Source: Camelus ferus (lineage: Eukaryota). From it: 64,000 nucleotides of DNA. Below the pieces are notes generated by a model. The model saw only the letters and a list, made by a program, of their open reading frames with translations, ran no database searches and was not told the DNA's origin. The position numbers were made by a program, and so were the translations under genes. Below, in pieces: positions 12,520 through 24,629 of this stretch (position 1 is its first letter; every line of letters begins with the position of its first letter). Where the stretch lies: positions 96,722,001 through 96,786,000 of the forward strand of contig NC_045697.1 in the NCBI RefSeq assembly GCF_009834535.1, given 5' to 3'.

Positions 12520-15500
12520 ACTAATGAATGTAGATGCAAAAATCCTCAACAAAGTACTAGCAGACTGATGCCACCAATACATTAAAAGGATCATACATCA
12601 CAATCAAGTGGGTTTATCCCAGAGATAAAAGGATTTTTCAATATCTGCAAATCAATGTGATACATCACATTAACAAATTGAAGAATAAAAACCATATGAA
12701 TATCTCAATAGATGCAGAAAAATCTATCAATAAAAATCAACATCCATTTATGATAAAAACTCTCCAGAAAGTAGGAATAGAGGAAACATACTTCAACATA
12801 ATAAAGGCCATATATATGACAAAAACCACAGCTAGTGTCATATTCAACAGTGAAAAATTAAAAGCATAAAAGCATTTTCTCTAAGATCAAGAAAAAGACA
12901 AGGATGCTCATGCTTGCCACTTTTATCCAACATACTTTTGGAAGTCCTAGCCACAGCAATCAGAAATAAAAAAAGAAATATATATATAAATAAATAGAAT
13001 CCATATTAGAAAATACGAAGTGAAACCGTCACTGTTTGCAGATGACATGATGTAATACATAGAAAATACTAAATGCTACCAGAAAGCTATTAGAGGTCAT
13101 CAATGAATTTGGTAAAGTTACAGGATACAAAAGTAATATACAGAAATGTGTTGCAATTCTATACACTAGCAAAAAACTATTGGAAAGTGAAATTAATGAA
13201 ATTATCCCATTTACCATTGCATCAAAAACAATAAAATACCTAGGAATAAATCTAACCAAAGAGGTGCAAGACTTGGACTCAGAAAACTGTAAGACACTGA
13301 TGAAAGAAATTGAAGACAATACAAGCAAATGGAAAGACATACTGTGTTCTTTGATTAGAAGAATCAGTATTGTTAAAATGACAGTTCTACCTAAGGCAAT
13401 CTACACATTCAGTGCAATCCTTATCAAATTACCAATGACATTTTTCACAGAACTGGAAGAAAAAAAATCTAAAATTTGTATGGAAAAAGAACCAGAATAG
13501 CCAAAATGATCTCAATAACAGAGGTGGGGGAATCAGCCTCCCAGACTGCAGACTATACTACAAACTATAGTAATAAAAAGAGTATGGCACTGGCTCAAAA
13601 ACAGACACATAGATCAATGGACTAGGATAAACAGTCCAGAAATAAACCCACACACTTATGGTCAATTAACCTACAACAAAGGAGGCAAGAATACACAATG
13701 GAGAAAAGAGAGTCTCTTCAATAAGTAGTGCTGGGAAAACTGGACAGCTACATGTTAAAGAATAAAATTAGAACATTCTCTAACACCATATACAAAAATA
13801 AATTCAAAATGAATTAAAGAGCTAAATGTAAGACTGGATACTATAAAACTCCTGGAGGAAAACATAGACAGAGCATTCTTTGACATAAATCACAGCAAAA
13901 TTCTTTTGGATTCATCTCCTAAGTAGTGGAAATAAAAACAAAAATAAACAAATTGGACCTGATTACACTTAAAAGCTTTTGTACACATAGCAGCATTATT
14001 TACAATAGCCAAGACATGGAAACAGCCTAAATGTCCATCAACAGATGACTGGATAAAGAAGATGTGGTATATTTATACAATGGAACACTACTCAGCCATA
14101 AAAACCAACAATATAACACCATTTGCAGCAACATGGATGCTCCTGGAGAATGTCATTCTAAGTGAAGTAAGCCAGAAAGAGAAAGAAAAATACCATATGA
14201 GATCGCTCATATGTGGAATCTAAAAAAAAAACACAACAAACAAAGCATAAATACAAAACAGAAATAGACTCACAGACATAGAATACAAACTTGTGGTTGC
14301 CAAGGGGGCGGGGGGTGGGAAGAGATAGACTGGGATTTCAAAATTGTAGAATAGATAAACAAGACTATACTGTATAGCACAGGGAAATATATACAAGATC
14401 TTTGTAGCTAACAGAGAAAAAAATGTGACAATGAATGTATATAAGTTCATGTATAACTGAAAAATTGTGCTGAACACTGGAATTTGACACAACATTGTAA
14501 AATGATTATAAATCAATAAAAAATGTTAAAAAAAAATAAAAGCTTTTGTACAGCAAAGGAAACCATAAGCAAAATGAAAAGACAACCTACAGACTGGGAG
14601 AAAATATATGCAAATGATGAAACTGACAAGGGATTAATTTCCAAAATATACAAACATTTCATACAGCTTGATATCAAACAACCAACCAACCAACCCAACC
14701 AAAAAATGGGCAGAAGACCTAAACAGACATTTCTCTAAAGAAGATATCCAGATGGCCTATAGGCACATGAAAAGATGCTCAATATCACTAATTATTAAAG
14801 AAATGCAAATCAAAACTATAATGAGGTATCACATCAGTCAAAATGGCCATCAATAAAAAGTCTACACCTAATAAATGCTGAAGAAGGTGTGGAGAAAAAG
14901 GAAGCCTCCTACACTGTTTGTGGGAATGTAAATTGGTGCAACCACTATGGAGAACAGTATGGAATTTCCTTAAAAAACTAAAAATGGAGTTACTATATGA
15001 TCCAGCAATCCTACTCCTGGGCATACATCTGGAGGAAACTCTAATTTGAAAAGATACATGCAACCCAAGTTTCACAGCAGCATTATTTACAATAGCCAAG
15101 ACATGGAAGCAAACCAAATGTCCATTAACAGATGAATGGATTAAAAAGATGTGTTATGTATGTGTATATATATATATATAAAATGAAATATTCTTCTGCC
15201 ATAAAAAAGAATGAAATAATGCCATTTGCAGCAACATGGATGGATCTAGAGATTATCATATTAAGTGAAATCAGATAGAGAAAGACAAATATCATGCGAT
15301 ATCATACATGCAATCTAAAAAAAATGATGCAAATGAACTTATTTACAAAACAGAAATAGACTTACAGACATAGGAAACTAACTTGTGGTTACCAAAGGGG
15401 ACAGCAGAGGTGGGAGGAGAGATAAATTAGGAGTTTAGGACTAACATATACACACTACTATATATAAAATAGATAAACAACAAGGATCTACTGTATAGTA

Positions 15501-15683
15501 CAGTGAACTATATCCATACCTTATAATAACGTATAATGGAAAAGAATCTGAAAAAGAATATATATATATGAATCACTTTGCTATACACTTGAACCTAATA
15601 CAAGACTGTAAATTAACTATACTTCAATTAAAAAAGGGTATTTTTAAAAAGTGACCAAATTTTAGTGAAATGAAACAAACAAA
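12520..15683 (+). mobile_element. 5'-truncated L1 (ORF2 RT to C-terminus plus 3' UTR), frameshifted pseudo-ORF2
   Basis: ORF2 peptides [21 protein letters not shown] (RT motif, ~13029-13049), [31 protein letters not shown]. 17-bp TSD aaaagcagagagttttc (12503-12519) / aatagtagagagttttc (15684-15700). Confidence 0.95.
13986..14537 (+). mobile_element. Young camelid-type L1 3' end inserted into the older L1
   Basis: Perfect 15-bp TSD aaaagcttttgtaca (13971-13985 / 14538-14552), canonical TT/AAAA endonuclease site, AATAAA and A tail. Confidence 0.95.
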
Positions 15684-16030
15684 AATAGTAGAGAGTTTTC
15701 TCCAGATAGGAACAGAGGAGGGAGTTGTATCTTCAAAGCACAAGGGGTATTCAATGAGTAGTTGCTGACTTTGGAGATGGCAGGGTCACATGCAAGAACT
15801 GGAGATCTGTCTCTAGGAGCTGACAGCTTAACAACAAGGAAATAAGAACCTCAGACATATGACCTTACAGAAATGAATTCTGCCAATAAGAATGACTCTA
15901 GGAGAAGATTCTTCTCCAAAACCTACAGAAAGAAGTCATGCAAACACCTTAATGTTGCCTTTGTAAGACCCTGAGCAGAAAATCCAGCCTCACTATAGCA
16001 GACTTCTGGCTTACCAAACTTTGAGCTTAT

Positions 16031-16130
16031 AAATGCAAATGAAAACTTCAGTGAGGTATCACACCAGTCAAAATGGCCAGTATTAAAAAATCTACACATA
16101 ATAAATGCTGGAGAAGGTGTGGAGAAAAAA
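16031..16130 (+). mobile_element. 100-bp L1 ORF2 fragment embedded in MLT1
   Basis: Ungapped 88/100 match to 14801-14900 by manual count. Confidence 0.85.
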
Positions 16131-16599
16131 ATAATACATATACAAATAGATGATTTTTAAATTACTACGTTTGTAGTCATGTGCTACACCACAATAGAAA
16201 ATAACTACAATTTTGGTCAATGTGTTATATGGTTATTCCTCCCCATGACATATATATAGCAATACTGCCAAGAAGGAAAACTTCAGTTTCAATTTCTTTT
16301 TTCCTCTCTTAATTTCTTACTTGAATTCCTTTTTTTAAGCCTTATTCCAGTAGGCCTTGAAGTTTTGTTGTGAATTCCTACTCTATGAAATTTTGATGAT
16401 GTAGTATAAGGTAGGTGATATGGGATATGTGGTACATGGTATGTGGTAGACTGTTTTTTCCCCTATTTAGAACTAAAAATAAAATTTGGGGCCAACTTTT
16501 ATAGAAAAAAGATAGTTAAACTTAGCTTATTTTCTTGAAACTACTCTTTCTTTTTAGATATTTTTATTTAATAAATTTTAAAAACTTATGGGAATATAA

Positions 16600-19303
16600 A
16601 AAATTTGTTAAATAGTGCACTTAAGCCAAGATAGAATTTATATTTTTCTAAACATAAGCTTGATATGTTCCACTGAAATACAGGCTGAAGTTTATTTTAA
16701 TAAATTTCATTTTACAACATGAAATTTTATTTACATGTTAAGCAGTAAAACCACAACAACAAAAAAGCAAGACAATGTCATTAGAAATACAGGACATAAT
16801 TTTATATAAGACTTTGGGAAAACATTTTCTTACTGAGTAATATGATCAGTTTTAAATATAATTCTAGCAGGTACTAAATTGTTATGCACTTGTTTGTTTC
16901 TTGATCTTTTAATAGGTCACTATAAGGTATATAAGGTGTTTATTTTTAAATGAAATTTACCTTTTTATTATGAAACCTGTCTTTTTTGAGGGGGCAAAAA
17001 TATCCAATTTTAGGTAGAAAACTGAAATAAAGTAATTTCTGTCCTCATTCTTGATGCTTTTTAAACAAGAAAATGCCTGTTTACATATGTTAAGATGTTG
17101 AAAACTATAGCAAAATATTCATTCTTATGAATGTTAAACATCCTACTTCTATAGAATTCCAGAACCTGTGTAGGGGCAGATCAGTAAGTCTCATCTTCAG
17201 TCTCTAATCAGACTGCAGCTCACAAAATTCTTCCCGTTGTCTCAGAGTCTAGGTCTCAGTCTGAGCAGATTCAGAAAAAGGGTCCCTCACTCTCTCATAC
17301 TCTTGTATTCAGTGGAAGGTGTTCTAATCTCTCCTTTAGTTCTTGCAGGTGGTTTCCAGCAACTTCTGAGACTTACTGATTCCTTTTCACATACGCAAGT
17401 CCAAGCAGGAGTAGAAACACCTTCCTTTCCTTTTGCAGCTTGTTTTTCAAAAGATTGTTTCCTTTGACAACATTTTCTGCAAGACCTCACAAAGACCTGT
17501 TAGACCAGTTTTGGCAGTCATAGTTTACCTTAAAATTCTCCATGGAATGAAACCTACTATTTTCCTGACAGCATCCTCTAATTCACCTCTCTGCTGAAAC
17601 ACCCTGCTGAACACTGTTCCTTTACTAACCCACTGGATTTCTGTGCGTAGCAAATGTATGTGCCCTTTGACCAGGTGTACACACATTTTTAAAACATTCT
17701 CAAGTAAAACTGGTCTTTGTTTAACAAGTAAAGTACTTTTGTAGCATCGTTCAAAACTTCTTTTTTAAATTTCAACTTCAAGAACTTTTGTCACCAGCAT
17801 TTCTCAGTGAAGAAAGCATTGTTGTGACTACATCAGGATTTTCTTTCATTTAAAGAGATATAAAACCTCTCATGAAACCAAACATTGGTGGGGCACTGTC
17901 AGCACAAATGTCAACACAGTCCCTCCAAGACAGACTCTGTTTGCAGATAAGAGGGAAAACATGAAAAACAGCTTGGCCTTTGCTTGTTTCAGTCTGCTCT
18001 TTGCAGTAGGGAAAAAAAAATTCTTGAATCTCACTACCATTCACCAGCCTTACAAATGCTACAGCATGACATTTACTGAAGAAATCTCAAGACTAATTAC
18101 CTGGTAAAAGAGCTGATGTTCTCCAGATTATTACACAAAACTTCTTCAGCATGATGTGGTTTGATATTAACATGTCTATTATCATACTGTTCGAGAGGGG
18201 AACCTTTCCAAATCCTCATACTGCATCTTGTCCTAGCATTTTAATCACTATCATTTTACATACTGATATTATTAGGTTCTCATCAACTGTGTGACTTTTC
18301 CTTCTCTGGGCAATAAGTCTGGTTACTAAATAACTTGCTTCCTAATGTGACTTTTTAAAATGAAAACTTCAATTTTGTGATCCTAACATCTTTAAAGTAA
18401 TCAGCACCTCTAAGTGTCAAAAGGCTGTAACTTGTAATGAAGTATATTTCAATTTTGCTGGAGCCATTCCTGCATTTTTAGTTTACTTGCCACATAGTGG
18501 AATAGGAAATGTGGATTAAACCCCCAGGAAAAGGCCCAAGGATAAGAAACTTTCATTGTAATGGTTGGCTGTTTTCTTTGTTTTTTTTTTTTTTTTTTTT
18601 TTGATGTGTGTGTCCTTATTATATTTCTGAAATGACTCAGAAGATTATAGCTGTTCATCACCAACCTTTTCAGAGCTGTTTACTGGCTTAGACCTAGAAT
18701 ACTCCTCTTTCTTTCACATCTCACTTTCAACAACCATCACACTTAACTCTCAGACATCTTTGTTTAAAAAAAAAAGGCTAATAAGATATAAAACAGAAAA
18801 GTTTATTATGGAATATTTGGAACAACAGCAAAGTGTGAAAGTAGGTAGCCAGTTGCAACATACAGAAATTCTTTCTTCTGAATTAAATTTTCCTTCTGAC
18901 TTTCTTTTATGATGGTAGAGCATGTTTGCTCCTATGATTTTCTAAATCAGTAGGTGATGCCTAAGAGGGGGTTTAGGGTACATGATTTGGGAGGGAGAGT
19001 CTGATGTCATTGGCCTCCTCTCTTCCCCTGAGTATACTTAGGACTCACCAATTATAAACAGCCTCTCCTATGCGATATCAAAAGTGAGAATGAGCACAAT
19101 CAAAAGAGCACAGTGCTTTTGCACACATTGCTATCTGGGAGTGAAAAAAAGATTCTAAAATGTGATAATGAAGCTGCTCCATCACTGTGTGTGCTAAGAT
19201 CTTGCACAAGGTACAAAATATTTCTTTTTGTATTATGATCCTTCGCACTACCCATAACCACACCGTTATTTAAGTGAGGAACCCAGGTTGAGAAATCCTA
19301 CTG
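16600..19303 (-). mobile_element. hAT-Charlie DNA transposon (Charlie7-like) with decayed transposase
   Basis: Minus-strand peptides ETSKGQ..F, LSWRDCVDICADSAPPMFGFMRGF, TEIQWVSKG.VFSRVF, RDPFSESAQ, EEFCELQSD.RLKMR.TDLPL..FW match Buster/Charlie (FAM200-like) transposases; many stops and frameshifts. TIR-like cagtaggatttctcaacctgg at 19303. Left boundary approximate. Confidence 0.85.
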
Positions 19304-20329
19304 TATACCCACATGGATTAATATCAGCTACTTACCATAGTATTTTCACTTATCAGTAAAACTCATGTTAATTATTATATTTTTGTTTTAATATATATTT
19401 GGTATTTAAGTGTACCATTTTAAGTGTTAAAATATAAATAAAAGTCACAAAAACTGTATATATAAAATAATTTGTTCTGTGACTTGTCCAGCAACTATCC
19501 ATAATGATTTAGAACCAACACACAGAATCCTATAATGATATTGACAATGATGTTGGGAAACTCACATCTGTATGGGTGCTGTTCCACAAATCAAGTAAGA
19601 CGAAACAACAATAGTATTAGATAGGCAGTTTCATCAAGATTGTTTCCACTTTAACGCATGCTATTGGAGTTCCAGCAGTACAGGCCAGACTTCAATAGCA
19701 GAACCTTCTTTATTATTTTTGCCATAAATTTTTGTTTTTTTTCCTTCTTTCTTACCACTTGGAAAGTTATTCAGGCATTTTATGAGATAAGGTTTTATGA
19801 AACTCTATACTATACATATCATTACAACTAAATCTTATTTTACTGTCCTTCTCGAAGAGTGAAACCACAAACTGTCACTAGATTAATCAAGTCACAGCAA
19901 TACTCCCTATTCCAGTGAAGCTACGTATGGCTGAGCTAAAGATATCAAAACTTCCGTAAATCACAATACAGATACTGTAGCACAAACATCAAAGCAGAAT
20001 TTATTTGTAGTCATAGACCCCAACCCCCTCATACGCACTAGTCATCTTGTTCATCACTAGCTAGTTTTCAAGGTCAGGGAGGTAGTTACTAATGTCCTCA
20101 ATGCTGGCAAATAACTGAAATTCTGTCTAAGTTCTGCAGATGTGATTTAAATGGAATAAAATTACATGCAAAGCAAGTATGAATAATTGTCAAATTGGCA
20201 CTCTACAATTAATCAAAATGTATTGAAAGGCTTCAAGGCAGGCACTATTGCTGTACTTTTTATTCATATTCTATGTTTTTAATATTGAGCCAATTACACT
20301 GTGAGACTTTCCTTCAAAATTATTGATAC

Positions 20330-20510
20330 ACCTTGTTCTCAAATGACTGCACACAAGAATCATGAGTGAAAATTAAAACTAAGGGACAAATACATAATTA
20401 CCAGAAACCACCCTCAAAACAACAGATCAGACTCTCTAAGACTGAAGACCAAACACGTATTTTTATAAAGCTCTGCAAGTGTTGAAGCACAGAGTTGAAA
20501 ATCTACGGAC
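20330..20510. mobile_element. MER5-like hAT MITE
   Basis: gttctcaaa...ctgcaca..agaatca...cagactctct...tattttta.aaagctc...agttgaaaatc. Confidence 0.6.
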
Positions 20511-20604
20511 CAAATAATGTAAACATTTAAATCCCATCTTTGTACAATTAGCAAATAAGCTACATTCACGGTAATTTTGTCGGAGCTAGTGATAGCTATG
20601 ATGA

Positions 20605-21060
20605 GTCATTCATTCATTCATTCATTCATTTAATCAGGAATTCATGCATGAAATTGTAATTAAATGACTGTTGCATACATTATATTCCAGGAAATGGAAA
20701 TACAAGAACAAATTAGGCATAGTTCCAATTCTCAGTAAGATCATGTTATGAAAGCCAAGCACATTAAAAAAATTATAATGCAATGTGGTAAGTGCAATTA
20801 CAGGCTGTACCAAGAGACTAGAGAGGAAGGATGTTTAAATGTGTTTGAGATGTTAGGGTCTTGAAGTATGATTTACACCTTTTTTAAAATTTAAATGCAT
20901 GTGAAGGAGACATTAGAAAAAAATCTTCAGAAGAAATGATAGCAAATGCAAAGGCACAGAAGAGTAAGAGTTGGATATGGTTGAATAGTATACATTTGTT
21001 TAGAGATTATGAAAGATGGGTCTGGAAAAATAAGGCCTTGAACATCATGTTGGGGGCCAT
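20605..21060 (-). mobile_element. L2 3' fragment with (TCAT)n tail
   Basis: cattcattcattcatt followed by degenerate L2 sequence (caaatgcaaaggcacaga, ggccttgaa). Confidence 0.65.
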
Positions 21061-23061
21061 GATTACAACAGTTTGAATTCACAGATAAGTAAAGCAAAAG
21101 AAAGTAAGAAAAAGAAGAGCAAATTAAGAAAACAAAAAAAAAAGAATGAAAAGAAGATGAAAGTGACCCATAAGACTATTAGTTTTATAGTTTTGCAAGT
21201 AGGATTAAGATGTAGCAACACTTTTATTACTCTATTACTCTACGATTTAAAAACCAAAAAAATTTTTTTAAATCATAAAGGTGGAAAATAACATAAAAAC
21301 ACAGCATAGTTTGATGAGTTGACATACTCACACACAACTTGTGACATTGTCCTTTCTGTTCCCTTTTGTCTAAAGACAAGTAAAAAACCTCGTCAAAGTT
21401 TTGGGATTCACTTGGGGGACCTGGAAACTTTTAAATCTGGGACAAAATTAGATATTATTTTTATCAAATCAATTCTGTCATAATGGAAGGAAGTGTAGTA
21501 GGGGACAAGATTACTTCTTTTCTCACAAATTGTTAAAATTGCATTTGGGTCAAGTTTGCTTTTCCAAAAATTTTAACTTCTTTTAGCCAGAGGGTATAAT
21601 TTAAAGCATCAGCTTTTGGAACCAAATTGTTTGCATCAGGTTCATTAATTTAGTATCTTCTTCAAGGGGACAAAGCTCCCTGTTTCAAATCATTAACAGT
21701 GGAATAGTAATCACACTGAAAAACAGTTTTAAAAAAATCTAATATGCAGTAGCATGTTTGTGACAATTAGTTGAGTACATAAGAATCAATATATTACATA
21801 AAGATAAGAAATCAAAATTAGCCCTTTCTGACTTTTTTCACTGTAAGTCAAAACAAGAAAGATTACTAGTTCTTATCCTCAATAGATTTTTACAAAATAT
21901 GTTAGCAAGCTCATGTAATGGGGAAACAAGTTTTCTGACACTACCAAACAATGAATTTCTGGCTGTTACACTACAGTATGCATAGCCTTAGACTGTTTTG
22001 TAAGGTTCTTTTCCACAGGTCTAATTACTTGGGAAGAGCAGAGTACAAGGATCTAAAGGTAACATGAAATGTAACAATTTTTTGCTCCATGTAGAATTGT
22101 CAAAAGTAATGCATGGTATTAAATTCTATATGCCCTAAGCAGAATCGTTACACAGAATACTTGCTGTATATACGAAGTACTTTAACTTATGTCAACCTTT
22201 CACCAATTATAAACACTTCATTAGAAGTTTTCCACATTACTAATAAACATAATGTAAAGTAGCTGGTATATGGAAAATTAGGACAGTCAATATGACTGAA
22301 ATTTTAGTGTGAAAATATATGGCTAATGTCCTTTTTTAGCTCTGACTTGACCATATTAATCTTTCACAATTAAGAGTACATGACAAAGAAAATACTTCAA
22401 AGAAAATCTCAAGATTATAAATCTATCCCTTCTGGTTACAGATAAGGTAGACTTGATCCAACTGTAAAGCAGCAGTAACTATACCCTTCATGAAAGTGTA
22501 CCACTCTCACACTGCTGAATGCTACTTTACTCAGAGTTAATTACCAAGTAAATAGCTCAATAAAAGTGAAGTCAGAATTTCTAAAGACATCAATTCTAGT
22601 ATTTTCAATACTCAGATTTTAAGTGAGTTACTATAAGTGCTACTTCCTTATATACTTTTTGCAAGTCCTAACTATTTTAGCTAATTGTGCATATTTCCAT
22701 CTTTATTTCTATTCATTAATACTATAGGCTGTAGAAATTCAGTAAAGCGAAATTCTATAGGAGTAAAACATTATTTTACAATGTCAGCTCTATATAGTCG
22801 CCAGCAGAGAGAAAATATTTTTCAACTATTTCTCTGAATTCTCCTAGCTAAGAATGAAAAATAGCTCCTCAAATGCCAGTGAACTGCATCAGCCATATTT
22901 GCCAAAAGCTCTTGTTGGAGAACAAGCATCAAATAACCCCTCTTCCCTTCTACAAACTCATTCTCAAGATGGCCTTGGTTCTTTTTTTTCCTTTAATTTA
23001 CTTTAAACCTTTAAGGGTAATTACTAACCTAGTCTTACAGAAAAACTCAACTAATTAGCTC

Positions 23062-23225
23062 AGTCAGACGGGTGCTGAGATGCTTCTGGAAGTAACATCA
23101 TGATGGCTGTCTAAAGAGAACCCCAAGTTCAGTTCAAACTTATATTGGTTGGTGATGGTGGTACTGAAAAAACTACATTCAAGAAAAGTCATGTGACTGG
23201 AGAATTTGAGAAGTATGTGGCTACG
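23062..23225 (+). pseudogene. RAN: Processed, 3'-truncated (tailless) RAN GTPase retrocopy: 5' UTR plus about the first 42 codons
   Basis: From ATG 23103: [40 protein letters not shown] versus [45 protein letters not shown]. Upstream gagatgcttctggaag resembles the RAN 5' UTR. Stop at codon 4. TSD ctcaactaattagctc (23046-23061) / ctcaactaatcaactc (23226-23241). Confidence 0.95.
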
Positions 23226-23562
23226 CTCAACTAATCAACTCCTTTTTCTCAAGTAACATGAAATAAACTAAAATATTAATATATTCATTTATATAATATT
23301 ATGTATTTATGGATATACAGGTATTATATACTAAGTAATGTAAACATTTAATGCAACAAAACTGAACCTTACTTTGTTACAATGCGCATTAGAAGTGGAA
23401 TTAGAGTGCTGAATCACCACTCTTTAAATAGAAAATCATCTATTTTGGAATCATGGGGCACTCCTTAATCAAAGTAAAACATAATTATGCTGTTAAATAC
23501 CAACAGTTGAGCAAAAATAAATCACTTCTGTCAACCATGACTAGTATAAGCAACCAAAAATA

Positions 23563-23900
23563 CTGTCTCAGTTTAGGCTGCCATAGACTGGGTGGCTTAA
23601 AACAACAGACATTTGTTTCTCATGGTTCTGGATGCTGGGAAGTCCACAATTAAGTTCCCTGGTGAGAACATGTTTCCTGTGTTATATATACTACCTTCCC
23701 ACTTTGTCCTTACATGGTGGAGAGAGAGAGATCTGGTCTCTTTTTCTCTTCTTTTAAGGATCCTAATACATTATGAGGTTCCCACCTTCATGATCTCAAC
23801 TAAACCTAATTTCTTTCCAAAGGCCTTACCTCCAAATACTATCACACTGGGGGACAGGGCTTTAACATATAAATTTGCGGGACACAAACAGTCTATAACA
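23563..23900 (-). mobile_element. MaLR LTR (MLT1A-like)
   Basis: ccatagactgggtggcttaaaacaacagacattt.tttctca.ggttctgga.gctgggaagtcc...acagtctataaca. Confidence 0.88.
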
Positions 23901-24629
23901 AAAAATCTTTAGACAAATTTGGTTTAATTTTATGGTTTTCTTTCATTGGAAAAACTAAGTAGCTCAAAGATAATATAGAAATCTTGTATCATTACACCCA
24001 GTGATAAAAAGCAGATACCGTATTTTACCACAATAGGAAAAAAATAAAAAGTAGGCTACTTAAAATAATGGTGGATTATTTTGCAAACAGGGCAAAAATG
24101 TCAGTATGTAAACATTGACATTTTTCCTACTAAATCTTTCCCATGGAAAAAGTTTTAGCCTAGTTGCTAAATAAATATGGAAAACAGTGAAGAGAAGAAA
24201 AAGAAAAGCCATATGAGGCTGTAACCAAAAGAATATAAGGATTTGGCAGGTGAGTGGCTTGGCATAACTACAGAAATTATGCTAATTGGGAAGGGGATGG
24301 ATTTTTGAAGAATGTTGTTGGTGTGATAAATAAGGTTAATATTCTTTGAGAAACTAAGTACAAATGAAATTCCAATTAAATTATTTTGAACGTTAATGGA
24401 AATCCATGCAGAAACTAATGCACAGAATAAAACCTCACACTAGTGATGGTTTCTTTAGCAACAATTCTCATCTGCTGTTATCCAGCTTTGGGGAGCAAAG
24501 GTGTTATATTCACCAGCATCCTTGATTAAAAATCATTCTTGAATAATATGAAAAGATGGTTCCTGAATAACACAAGAAAGTCAAAAAGTGCAGAAAATAT
24601 TCTGATGTTAGAGGTGCAAATCTGGGGAT

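Larger units (their letters stand above)
12360..16209 (+). mobile_element. MaLR LTR (MLT1D/E-like) in two halves (12360-12519, 15701-16209), split by L1
   Basis: tatctgggtgggtc...ttttaaaagcagagagttttc continues as tccag...ctctaggagctga...gaattctgccaa...gtaagaccctgagcaga...caatagaaaataactaca. Confidence 0.8.

Noticed and set aside
12657..15117. Active L1 ORF2
   Set aside because: 5'-truncated, with several frameshifts and stops, and interrupted by another L1.
17850..18044. Domesticated FAM200/ZBED-like gene exon
   Set aside because: The surrounding transposase frame is broken repeatedly, and DG is mutated to DS.
23103..23225. Functional RAN exon
   Set aside because: In-frame TAA at codon 4, P-loop substitution, codon deletion, TSD-flanked.
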